Assembly (NCBI RefSeq): GCF_006345805.1
Contig: NW_021836484.1
Coordinates: 1-23,923 of the forward strand
Source: Octopus sinensis
Lineage: Eukaryota
Reading direction: 5' to 3'
DNA length: 23,923 bases
In this document: piece by piece, positions 1-8,708 of the stretch
Layout of the letters: the number at the start of each line of letters is the position of its first letter
Numbering within the stretch: position 1 is the stretch's first letter
Made by a program: the position numbers and the translations under genes
The notes under the pieces: model-generated
Databases searched by the model: none
What the model saw: the letters and a program-made list of their open reading frames with translations, nothing else
What the model was told of the DNA's origin: nothing

Positions 1-2111
1 TCCAGTTCTGCTCCACGGAAAGGCCTTCCCTGTTCCTGCCCACACGGAGCAGGGTCGATGGACTGACACCTGTCGCAGCTCCCGACCACCTTCCGGACGC
101 TTCACCTAGTGACGTCAGCATCATTTTTTTTTTGCACAGATACAGGGTCCTGCCCACACCCAGGTGATGCATAGCATGTTGTAGTTCTTCAGTTCAGAGT
201 CATAAACCGACACGCCGCAGCTATCCCTTTCCGGGCCTCCTCCGGTTCTTCCAACCACGCTCTTTTCACCCTGGTCAGTACGTCCTCCGCCCTTTTTTCT
301 CCGAAGGCCGAAAACAACGTTCATTCAGTCCGAATTCGGCGATCAATTCACCTAGAACTCCTAGACGGCGCTTCACTAACATCTCCGCAGCACCTTTCGT
401 CCGCACTCTCCTGTCACCGGTGATCACCGATCCTACCCAGCCAAGCACAGTGGCCGAATCCGTCCGCATTTCAATCGTGCGCAGCCCCCATTTCAAGGCC
501 AAGTTCACCCCTTTCAGCAGCGCGTCTAATTCGGCGACATTGATGTGGTTGAAATCATCTGCTTTCCGAAGCCAGGCCGCGTCCTCCACCGCAGTGCCTT
601 CGATTGCCAACACCACCCCTATCGCTATACTGCTAGCATCACACCAGAGGGTCCCGCATTTCGTCTTGGTCACGTACCAGTTCCCCCTGACCGGGTCTTC
701 CACTCTTGTTTTCTCTAGGATCTCCTGCATCATCGCCACCGTCCCTTCTCCCACCTTGTCGCCCCACCTCTCTCTTCTGCTCGTCTATTGGTGTGTAACT
801 ACACGCCGTGCGCAGCCATCCAGCGATCGGGTAGTGACCGACCAACTTCCCACACACCGAGAACAGCTCTCTCCTGCTGACGCTGGAACTCAGCTCTGGG
901 ATTTCATTTCCTCTCCGGAACACCAATTCACCTGATCCATCTCTTCGCAGCTTCAGCCCCAGCGCGGCTCCCCCTTCAATCGACTCCGGTGGCTTAGCAA
1001 TCAGTCCGAACTTCTCCAGATGTCTAACTACCTCGTCGGCTGGCACCCAGTTTCGTCCACCAAAATGTCGTCAATGTAGGAGCTAGTGGCCTTTCTAATC
1101 TTGCCGTCTTTCCCTAGGACGGACCTAAGCACTGCCGCCATGATCTTCGGAGCGGAATTCAGCCCGAAACCCAGCCTGGTTAGACAGTACGTCCGGTCCT
1201 TGTACCGCACCAGCTGATATCGCCATAGTTTGTCGCTCACATGGAGCTGCAAGTATGCCGATCTCAAGTCGACAATCGTCGCTGCCTCAGTCGACTGTCT
1301 CCACTTACGTAATGCCTCACCACAAACGTCTGTCGCCTCACCTCCCGTGTGACACGATATGTGCTGGTTTAGCTCCTGAAGTCCAGCACCGGTCTGACTT
1401 TCCCTTCGTAGGCTGCACCACCGCCATCAGGGGTAGCACTCCGCCCGCTACCTCCCCCCTTCCAAGGGACAAGGACCCCTTCCTCGATCTACCTCTTCCA
1501 CCTCGTCTTCAAACTCGACCCTGGCGTGGCCTTTCAGGGTATGCTGGTAACAGCTCACCCTGTTCTCCAGCGTCGGGGGCTCGTCCTTCCATCGCCACTC
1601 TATCGTCCACCGCTGACCATCGAACGCCGCCTGAAAGTATTTGTCCTCGATGGTGTAAGCGGCGCAGTCCCTCGCGGGGCTCTGCTCTCTCTGGCGATCC
1701 TGACTCGCAGTGCACGACGCCCCACGCTTCTGAACGTGACCTCATTTCCCACAACACTGACGCCACCGAGGCAGTTGATGGCGTCCATCCCCATCACCAC
1801 ATCAACTCCATCTATCACGCGTTCGGCCAAATTGCCTGCAGCCTTAGCGTCGCGCCGCGCACCACTATCTCTACCTTGCTGCTGCCTCTGCAACGGATTT
1901 CGCTGCCGTCGACCGCCCGGACACTACTCACCCCGTTCCATTCCTTCGTCACCCTCGAAGTCACCAGGGTGGTCGTTCAGCCCGTATCCACAAGGGCCTT
2001 GAACGTCTCCCCCTCGACCTCCACGTCAATCAATGGCAGCGTCTCCAATAGCGCCTCTACTCGTTTGAGGGGAAAGTTCGAGAGGCAGCAACTTCCCCGC
2101 GGTCGTTTCCC
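1..2111 (-). pseudogene. pol: Pol: aspartic protease, reverse transcriptase, RNase H and N-terminus of integrase; multiple frameshifts and stops
   Basis: PR: ETFKALVDTG*TTTLV (TGA at 1977-1979) ... GVDVVMGMDAI. RT: KVRPVLDF, IVDLRSAYLQ, CLTRLGFGLNSAPKIM, YIDD at 1067-1078. RH: WCDASSIAIGVVL...HINVAELDALLKG...RTDS (ORF 275..754). IN zinc finger: HAMHHLGVGRTLYL...VRKVVGSCDRCQSIDP (about 55-190), with EGLSVEQNW at the window edge. Confidence 0.9.
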
Positions 2112-2825
2112 TGGTCGCAACCACGGGCAATGTGCCCTGTCTGCCTGCATCGATAGCAAACGGGCCCCGGCTGCGTACAGTCCCGCGCCATGTGCGGTCC
2201 CTGGCATCTAAAACACCGTCCTGAGAACGGCCGCTCTCGTTGCACGGTGAGCTTCTGTACCTCTTTCTCGGGACGTCGTCCGTCTTTACGCGCCTCCGTC
2301 ACCGCCATCGCTATCGCCTTCCGCCCAGAGTGTCTCGTCAACGCGCGAGCCTGAGCTACAAGTTCGCTCAATGGCATTTTTTAAACCCCGGGCAGTCGTT
2401 GTAGGTGAATCCCTACATCGTCGGGGAACCCATTCACGAACGCCAGTCGGGCTGCTCTCTCCAGTCCTTCTCCGGCAAACCCGGCCAGAGTCGCTAGCCT
2501 TCTAGCTTCTGATGCAAAGTCGTCCACTTGGCCTCCCGTCCACCTGATTGCACCTAGCTTAGCGAAAGCTGTGTACTCGCATTCCGTGTAGGCGTCACGC
2601 AAGCGTCGCTCTATATTCTCCTCGCTGAGCCGTTCCTCTTCATCCATCTCTAGGTAGAGCATCAACGCGCTCCCTTCCAAATACAGCGCATAAAGACTCG
2701 CCACGTCGCTTATGCCCTGCAGTCTCGCCACCAGCCTGATTTTGCGAATCCAGCCCACTACATCGCCTTCGCCTTTAAAAGGTCTGACGACGTCACTGGC
2801 GATCCTAATTTTGCAGACCTCGTGT
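2057..2825 (-). pseudogene. gag: Gag-like ORF with two zinc knuckles, interrupted by one in-frame stop
   Basis: Reads ...KIRIASDVVRPFKGEGDVVGWIRKIRLVARLQ... (ORF 2381..2758), then TAA at 2381-2383, then continues in frame as ORF 2057..2377. Knuckles are CFRCQGPHMARDC (one residue shorter than canonical) and CYRCRQTGHIARGC (CX2CX4HX4C). The start codon appears degraded near 2820-2825. Confidence 0.88.
2069..2111 (-). promoter_or_regulatory. Predicted -1 ribosomal frameshift cassette (gag to pol)
   Basis: Slippery heptamer G GGA AAC (2111-2105) is in the gag frame. It is followed by a 6-nt spacer and the hairpin GGGGAAGTT-11 nt loop-AACTTTCCCC (2098-2069). The -1 frame reads GKRPRGSCCLSNFPLKRVEALLETLP straight into the protease. 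Confidence 0.75.
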
Positions 2826-2852
2826 TGAAAAAAAATGTGAATGTTTAAGAAC

Positions 2853-2864
2853 GCCGAAATAGCT
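2853..2864 (-). other. Putative non-canonical primer-binding site, complementary to tRNA-Phe nt 1-12
   Basis: Minus strand AGCTATTTCGGC immediately follows the inferred LTR end. The plus strand GCCGAAATAGCT equals the first 12 nt of animal cytosolic tRNA-Phe(GAA) (GCCGAAATAGCTCAGTTGGG..., recalled from memory). Confidence 0.7.
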
Positions 2865-3140
2865 TGTAGTGAGTGCGCAAGAATATAGAGGCACCTACCT
2901 TCTCTTCGTAGTGACGGAGACCCTCCAGTGATGACTAGTCCTTCCTCACAGCCCGACCCGAAACACTAACGATAGCAGCTGCTAGCCCAAACCCTTAGCG
3001 ACGTCCTCACACGTCTTGTCACCTGCGACCGACCCACGTTGGAAAGGGCAATTTCCGCTCCCTGCGCACGCCTGACAGCTGACCCCTTCCGCTTGCCCCA
3101 GCTTCCGGTCAACGCACCCGGCTGCTGACGTCATCCCACA
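2865..3140 (-). repeat. Putative 5' LTR (~276 bp)
   Basis: On the minus strand it starts TGTGGGATGACG (3140) and ends CACTACA (2865), giving TGT...ACA termini. It lies upstream of gag and ends exactly where (TA)n begins. The second LTR is outside the window, so the boundaries are inferred. Confidence 0.7.
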
Positions 3141-3153
3141 ATTATATATATAT

Positions 3154-3184
<31 letters not shown>

Positions 3185-3190
3185 GTATAC
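3141..3190. repeat. (TA)n microsatellite flanking the LTR
   Basis: Direct reading of the sequence. Confidence 0.95.
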
Positions 3191-3404
3191 ACACTTATAC
3201 ACAGTGAAAAATATGAGGACCAAATTAAATAGATCAACACAATCAAAAGCGAAGCACACTGTTTGGCTAGACAGAAAACTCGAGAAAACTCAAAACATTC
3301 AGATAAGTGGTTAAGGGTAAACTGAACGGATATTCCACTGGTATCTAGTATTCCGCAAATAGAAAAGTATCGAAGGGTTTATTGGTACGTTTAACGCAAC
3401 GCAA

Positions 3405-3800
3405 TCTATATATATAAAGCTGAAGTTGTCTGTGTGTGGCAGGTTTGGTAGCCTTCAACTAACACTATCTCCTTCGAGACCCTGCGGCGCAAGTTGACCA
3501 GAATTGAGAGTATGATAGAAGAAGGCTTGCTCTTCCTTCCGTAGAAGAAAAAATTTAAATCGGACCGTGTTAACACCAAAAATTATTTACATCAAAAAGG
3601 TGCTTTTTTTCTATGAAAATCCCTATTTTTTACGATTTTTTGACTGCTGTGTCGCCATTTTTCGGTGTATTTCAACCAGAAAAATGTTCACTTAAAGAGA
3701 ACAACAGGCTACATAATGCAAAATTTTTACTTTTCGAAAATTCCAATTCTAAAGGGTCGAAAAGAAAACAAGCCCGAGCGACGCTGGGCTATACTGCTAG
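3405..3800 (+). mobile_element. Non-autonomous Helitron (396 bp)
   Basis: 5' TC terminus (A|TCTATATATATAAA at 3404/3405) and 3' CTAG|T (3797-3801), inserted between A and T with no TSD. Subterminal GC hairpin AGCCCGAGC-GAC-GCTGGGCT at 3771-3790. Confidence 0.85.
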
Positions 3801-3988
3801 TTATAGTAATAAAGATAAAACGAATAGGTAATTTGTGCATTACTATACGTGTTTCAGTTGCTAAAATTTGTCATTATTAACACATTGTGTCATACAACTT
3901 AGTATGCAATAATATACTAGATTATATAAGATTATGTGTTTACATAACATGGCCACTTCATCAGAGTTCTATGGGATTATGGTAGCAT

Positions 3989-4330
3989 ATGAAATTCTCA
4001 AGGAGAGCTGTGACAGTTGCCAGTATATACACCAAACAGCGAGTCCAAATAAAAATTTATCAACGGTTACTAGTTGATTATGTCATTATCTCTGACCGCT
4101 TTGATTCTGTGCTGAACGTTCGTGTAAAGAGAGAGGCAGGACTATCAACTCATCACCACCTAGTTGTCTGCAACCTGAGATTATCGACAGCGGGGAGAAT
4201 TCACAAAATGGGTAAGTTCAATGAGACTTACAGGATAAAGTAAGAAGCTCTGGTGAACGATGGAATCAGAAGCAAATATGCGGATATTTTGCATCCAAAA
4301 TCAGAGAGCTTCCAGAACAAACTGAGCAAA
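3989..4330 (+). pseudogene. Degraded RTE-type LINE fragment (C-terminal part of AP endonuclease)
   Basis: ORF 3989..4243 contains LVDYVIISDRFDSVLNVRVKREAGLSTHHHLVVCNLRL, which matches the IDY...RV.RGA..STDHHLV motif pattern of RTE endonucleases. Confidence 0.65.
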
Positions 4331-4510
4331 CGGGGACGAGATTGTTTTGTTTGGCAGTTTTATAATGTTGTCAACGAAAACGGATCTAGTTTAATCAGAA
4401 AGTTAGAAATGCTATCCGAGCAAAGACGGAGCATTACAAAGCTTTGATTGGAAACAAATTTCCACTTTTGCGAAATCCTTCGAACGTCTCTCTTCATTTT
4501 AAGACCTTTA

Positions 4511-4690
4511 TTCTTATTTCTTTATTGCCCACGAGGGGCTAAATATAGAAGGGACAGACAAGGAGATTAAGTCGATTACATCGACCCACAGTGCGTAACT
4601 GGTACTTAATTTATCGACCCCGAAAGGATGAAAGGCAAAGTCGACCTCGGCGGAATTTGAACTCAGAACGTAGCGGCAGACGAAATACCT
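4511..4690 (-). mobile_element. tRNA-derived SINE family 1, head-truncated unit of a tandem dimer
   Basis: Reverse complement contains the B-box GAGTTCAAATTCC, the central GTCGACTTTGCCTTTCATCCTTTCGGGGTCGATAAA (Meta/MESC-like domain) and an AATAAAGAAATAAG tail. It is homologous to 4691-4922 and 8709-8944. Confidence 0.85.
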
Positions 4691-4922
4691 ATTTCTTTAC
4701 TACCCACAAGGGGCTAAACACAGAGAGGATAAACAAGACAGGACAAACGGATTAAGTCGATTACATCGACCCCAGTGCGTAACTGGTAGTTATTTAATCG
4801 ACTCCGAAAGGATGAAAGGCAAAGTCGACCTCAGCGGAATTTGAACTCAGAACGTAGCGGCAGACGAAATACTACTAAGCATTTCGTCCGGCGTGCTAAC
4901 GATTCTGCCAGCTCGCCGCCTT
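4691..4922 (-). mobile_element. tRNA-derived SINE family 1, full-length
   Basis: Sense strand starts GGCGGCGAGCTGGCAGAATCGTTAGC (A-box-like), followed by the B-box GAGTTCAAATTCC and the same central domain and tail as the other copies. Confidence 0.88.
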
Positions 4923-6110
4923 GACGTTTATTCTTACCATCGAGAATTGTATGTTGTTGACGTCATAAGAATTTTATAAACTTTCGAGAGGAAATGAAAT
5001 AATTCGTTTTTCGAATATCTCGAAACACATACATAAATCTATCAGCTATAGCATATAAATATGTGAACGAAAAGCCCATTTTGGATAGAGAGAGTCGAAG
5101 CCAATATTTACATGCTTTTATAGTTTTATGTGTGTGTTTCGAGATATTCCAAAAAAGTTGAACTGAAGTTTTATACAAATACCTTTCAAACGGTGTAGAT
5201 TACGATTACAAAGAAATTTGTAGGCAAAATTTTTGGAAGGGGTGGGTGGGGGTGGAGCAGTTTCTGGAAAACGGTGTTTCGGATCGGACGGTCCACATAA
5301 GTTGGAATTTCTCCGTTTTGACGGGGATTTTTTCCAAAGTCGTCAGAATGATGGGAGACATCTTTTCACGAAAAAAAAAAAGAAAAAAATTTTGAAAATT
5401 TATTTCATTTCACTCCCGCCACCCCAGTCCGAAACGATTTTGGTCTTCTTTTTTTCTTTTTTCACTACGCACTTAAAACCCGTGAGAGAAACATCTTCGG
5501 TTTTAAAAAATATTGTTAATAATTTCAGTGGAAAATGTGTGATTTAAGGGAGATCTGGCTGTTGTTTCTAGCACATCTTAAAACCACCCTTGTTTCTTTC
5601 TCACTCACACATCTACTGATATTTTTCAATATTTTTCTCCCCATAAACAAATCTTATGGAATGGTGATGTCAAAATAACACACGTCCTAACCAAGCGTGG
5701 CCATGTTTATGTGTAAAAAAAAACAACCTAAAAATATATTTAGTATTCATATTAATCTGTCAAATGGAATTGTTTTATTTACGTTATTTTGAATTATTCA
5801 GGTTCAAGAGGGGTATCCACAATATTTGCTTGTTATTTTGTAAATTTTTTATATATAGATTTGAAATTTTGTCAGTGGGTGCTTTATATACCGCTGGTGT
5901 AATTTTAGCTGATCTTGCTGAGTAAATTTGACTTTTATGGGCAGGCAAATTTAATTAACAAGTGTAAAAGCAATAATCTATGGGTAAACAGTAATATGAA
6001 ATTCTTAATGCATCTACCTTTTTTGATCTGTTACTAAAATTATTCCAGATGGCAACCGACGAAGATTTTCTCACTTTTCAGATAAGGTAATTAATTTGAA
6101 TGAATTAATA

Positions 6111-6186
6111 TACAGGTATAATCGGCATTCTTTCGGTAAGTATATTTCGTACAGGTATAATCGGTATTCTTTCGGTAAATATTTCG
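6111..6186. repeat. Tandem duplication of a ~38-bp unit
   Basis: TACAGGTATAATCGGCATTCTTTCGGTAAGTATATTTCG (6111-6149) is followed by TACAGGTATAATCGGTATTCTTTCGGTAAATATTTCG (6150-6186). Confidence 0.85.
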
Positions 6187-6510
6187 TACCTCGGTGTGGA
6201 ATAATTTTTTTCCCCAGTTTCTTTTTCGGGTGCATTATACGTATTTGACCTCCAAACCCGCAGCAAGCCACTTTTTTCCGGAAAAGAAAAGTGCGAGGGG
6301 TGGTGGGGACCTCGAAGTTTCCCCACCAAGGGAGTTTTGTTTCGTGGGTCTTTTTCTTTTTCGGGTTATTTTGCATGCTTAGAACGAATGTGAAATCAAA
6401 ATTACCCGTGAACAGCTCCTTTTTTCCAGAAAAGGAAAGATCTGGCTACTATTTCTAGCATGCCCTGCTACCACGTAACAGTTATTTGTGTTCACACCGA
6501 AATATTTACC
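6174..6510 (+). mobile_element. Unclassified dispersed repeat with inverted terminal motifs (MITE-like)
   Basis: GGTAAATATTTCG (6174-6186) is inverted at 6498-6510, and TCGGTGTG(G)AA is inverted as TTCACACCGA. The body is homologous by eye to the reverse complement of 17700-17985 and to 17528-17660. Confidence 0.5.
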
Positions 6511-7435
6511 AACTTTTTTTTCCCTTCCATCTATTTTTTCCACTCTATGGAAGTCAATATTTTCTCTATTGATATCCGCCACAGTTAATTTTGCTTTTCT
6601 CCCAGTTTTGTGCTTTCTGGAAGAAAAGTCCTCATATTATTCTCAAAGCTACGAGAATTCACTAACGTGATTTGTTTGTTTAAAAAAAAAATTTCGTTGA
6701 GAAATTAAATATAACGGGTTTTGGCCGGTTTAAACACTAAACGGTTAAAAAGTGCCAAAACTATAAAATCAGCTTTTTCTTTTACCTTTTTTGCTGATTA
6801 TTTAGTTTTAAATTTTAAAGGGCCTTAAAAAAGGCCGATTTCATAGTTTTGGCCCTTTTAAAAAAAGGTTTTTAAAGGCTTTTAGAGCCAGAAAAGGGTA
6901 AGAACTCAAATGAAACAATATTAGTAACGCTATTTGAAACAGTTTCATAGCCCGCAAAATATTCGTTGGGAGTCAATTACAGTTATTTCCCCTGTCGAAT
7001 GTTCTAGAACATCCCAAGCGAACATTGGTTAGCCCTCCCTTTGCTAGCATACAAGGCGTAACTGCTAAACGACACACGGGAGGGCGCTAGAAGCATATCA
7101 TCCACCTAAGAGCGTATTCCAATTAAATTTTTCTCTTTCTTCTCTAAGTCACGACGAGGTCATCTTCGGGGAGAGAGCCAGGCACACAGTTTCGATATTC
7201 TATCCTACCAGCAACTCTCTATGGCATTCTACGCCTAGTGCCTGTCTGAAAGTAATTTTTGTAGTTTGAATTCCTCCCATTTTCTGACTGTCATCGTGGA
7301 ACATGGCAAAATGTTCAGAACCTTTTACTTCGATCCCAGATAACTTTATTGAACATCGTGTACTCACAGTACGAGTTCGTTTGTTAAGTTGATTATGTGG
7401 CTATAAAAAAATGAAAATAAAAAAAAGTGAAAAAC

Positions 7436-7894
7436 ATGTATGTATGTATGTATGTATGTATGCATGTACGTACGTATGTATGTATGTATGTATGTATGTA
7501 TGTATGTATGTATGTATGTATGTATGTATGTATGTATGTATGTATGTATGTATGTATTATGTATGAATGTGTGTGTTGTATGTAATGTATGTATGTATGT
7601 GTATGTATGTATGTATGTAATGTTATGTATGTATGTAGTATGTATGTATGTATGTATGTAAGTATGTATGTATGTGTGTGTGTATGTATGTATGTATATA
7701 TGTATGCATGTACGTACGTATGTATGTATGTGTGTGTGTATGTATGTATGTATGTATGTATGTATGTATGCATGTACGTACGTATGTATGTATGTATGTA
7801 TGTATGTGTGTGTGTATGTATGTATATATATATATACATACATACATAATACATACATACACATACATACATACACACACACATACATACATAA

Positions 7895-7930
<36 letters not shown>

Positions 7931-8152
7931 GAATGTATGTATATACACATACATGTTTCTGTATATTAGCACATACATACATATGGAGATACACACGTTT
8001 AGTTCTAGCTACGCAATGTATGTAGGCACACAAACACACTCACACACACACACATACACGCACAGGCACAAACATAAAATTAAAACACACACACACACAC
8101 ACACACACAAAAAAAAACTACAAGAAACAACTATAGACACACACACACACAC
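7436..8152. repeat. Compound microsatellite (TATG)n-(TA)n-(CATA)n-(TA)n-(CA)n
   Basis: Direct reading. It explains all the Y/V/C/M and H/T/Y/I ORFs at 7364-8189. Confidence 0.97.
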
Positions 8153-8442
8153 AAGATCACACAATTTTTGTTTATGTATTCAGGCATAACAACAGACCAG
8201 TTTGTGTTACCGAATCTGTCAAACTGTCCTTGTCATCGCCGTTGCCCCTGGCTGCTCACATATTTGCAATTCTGTATAGATGTGTTACTTTATTCCTGCG
8301 GATGAATATGTACGCCATCCGCCCCACATCCGTCCCACTCGCACAGATATGCGCACAAAGACGTACTTTAATACATGCTAACACACTACGTTTGCTGTCC
8401 TATAATAATACTCAGTTATACAGTTCATATACCTGTGTATGT

Positions 8443-8635
8443 GACTATGGCATTACAACCAGCCAGGAACAGTCTTCGCTACATTTGCGGTACCTGCCAG
8501 AGGGAGTGTTTGTCCAGGATAGGACTACACAGCCACAGCAGGAAATGTATCAGGACATGAAATATAAAAGCCGGACTAGACTACTTTATGCGCAACTCCA
8601 TTGTCTCCCGAGACAGAAAGGATGCCAACCAACCA
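8443..8635 (+). mobile_element. 5'-truncated RTE LINE insertion (3' end only) with 12-bp TSD
   Basis: 8444-8629 matches 12650-12835 at 185/186 nt and ends in a (CAAC)n tail. It is flanked by ACCTGTGTATGT at 8431-8442 and 8636-8647. Confidence 0.92.
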
Positions 8636-8708
8636 ACCTGTGTATGTATAAATGTGTGTGTGTGGCGACACCCATCCAGATTCACATACATAATCATTGA
8701 TACAAGCA

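Larger units (their letters stand above)
1..3140 (-). mobile_element. Gypsy-like LTR retrotransposon, 5' portion (LTR-gag-PR-RT-RH-start of IN), decayed and cut by the window edge
   Basis: Minus-strand ORF pieces occur in the order gag (CCHC knuckles), protease (LVDTG), RT (YIDD), RNase H (CDAS), integrase zinc finger. PR-RT-RH-IN is the Ty3/Gypsy-type order. Bounded on the right by a TG...CA segment followed by (TA)n. Confidence 0.92.

Noticed and set aside
420-2211. Plus-strand ORFs 420..935, 1255..2211 and 1526..2002
   Set aside because: Antisense shadows of GC-rich pol with no recognisable motifs.
1977-2383. In-frame stops in gag (TAA) and right after the protease DTG (TGA) as programmed readthrough
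   Set aside because: Each is one substitution from an expected codon (GAA, TGY), and a -1 frameshift cassette already explains pol expression.
110-3133. 11-bp inverted repeat TGACGTCAGCA (110-120) / TGCTGACGTCA (3123-3133) as possible TIRs
   Set aside because: The left copy lies inside integrase coding sequence (ADVT) and the element continues past it; the match is largely the self-palindromic 8-mer.
4691-4922. tRNA genes at SINE heads
   Set aside because: A and B boxes are present but I see no complete cloverleaf, and the heads continue into SINE bodies and tails.
4511-4922. CRISPR-like direct repeats
   Set aside because: Only two long SINE units in eukaryotic DNA, with no repeat-spacer periodicity or cas genes.
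7364-8189. Multiple long ORFs (up to 210 aa) on both strands
   Set aside because: Stop-free translations of (TATG)n, (CATA)n and (CA)n. The same applies to 15781-16113, 22003-22289 and 18998-19936.
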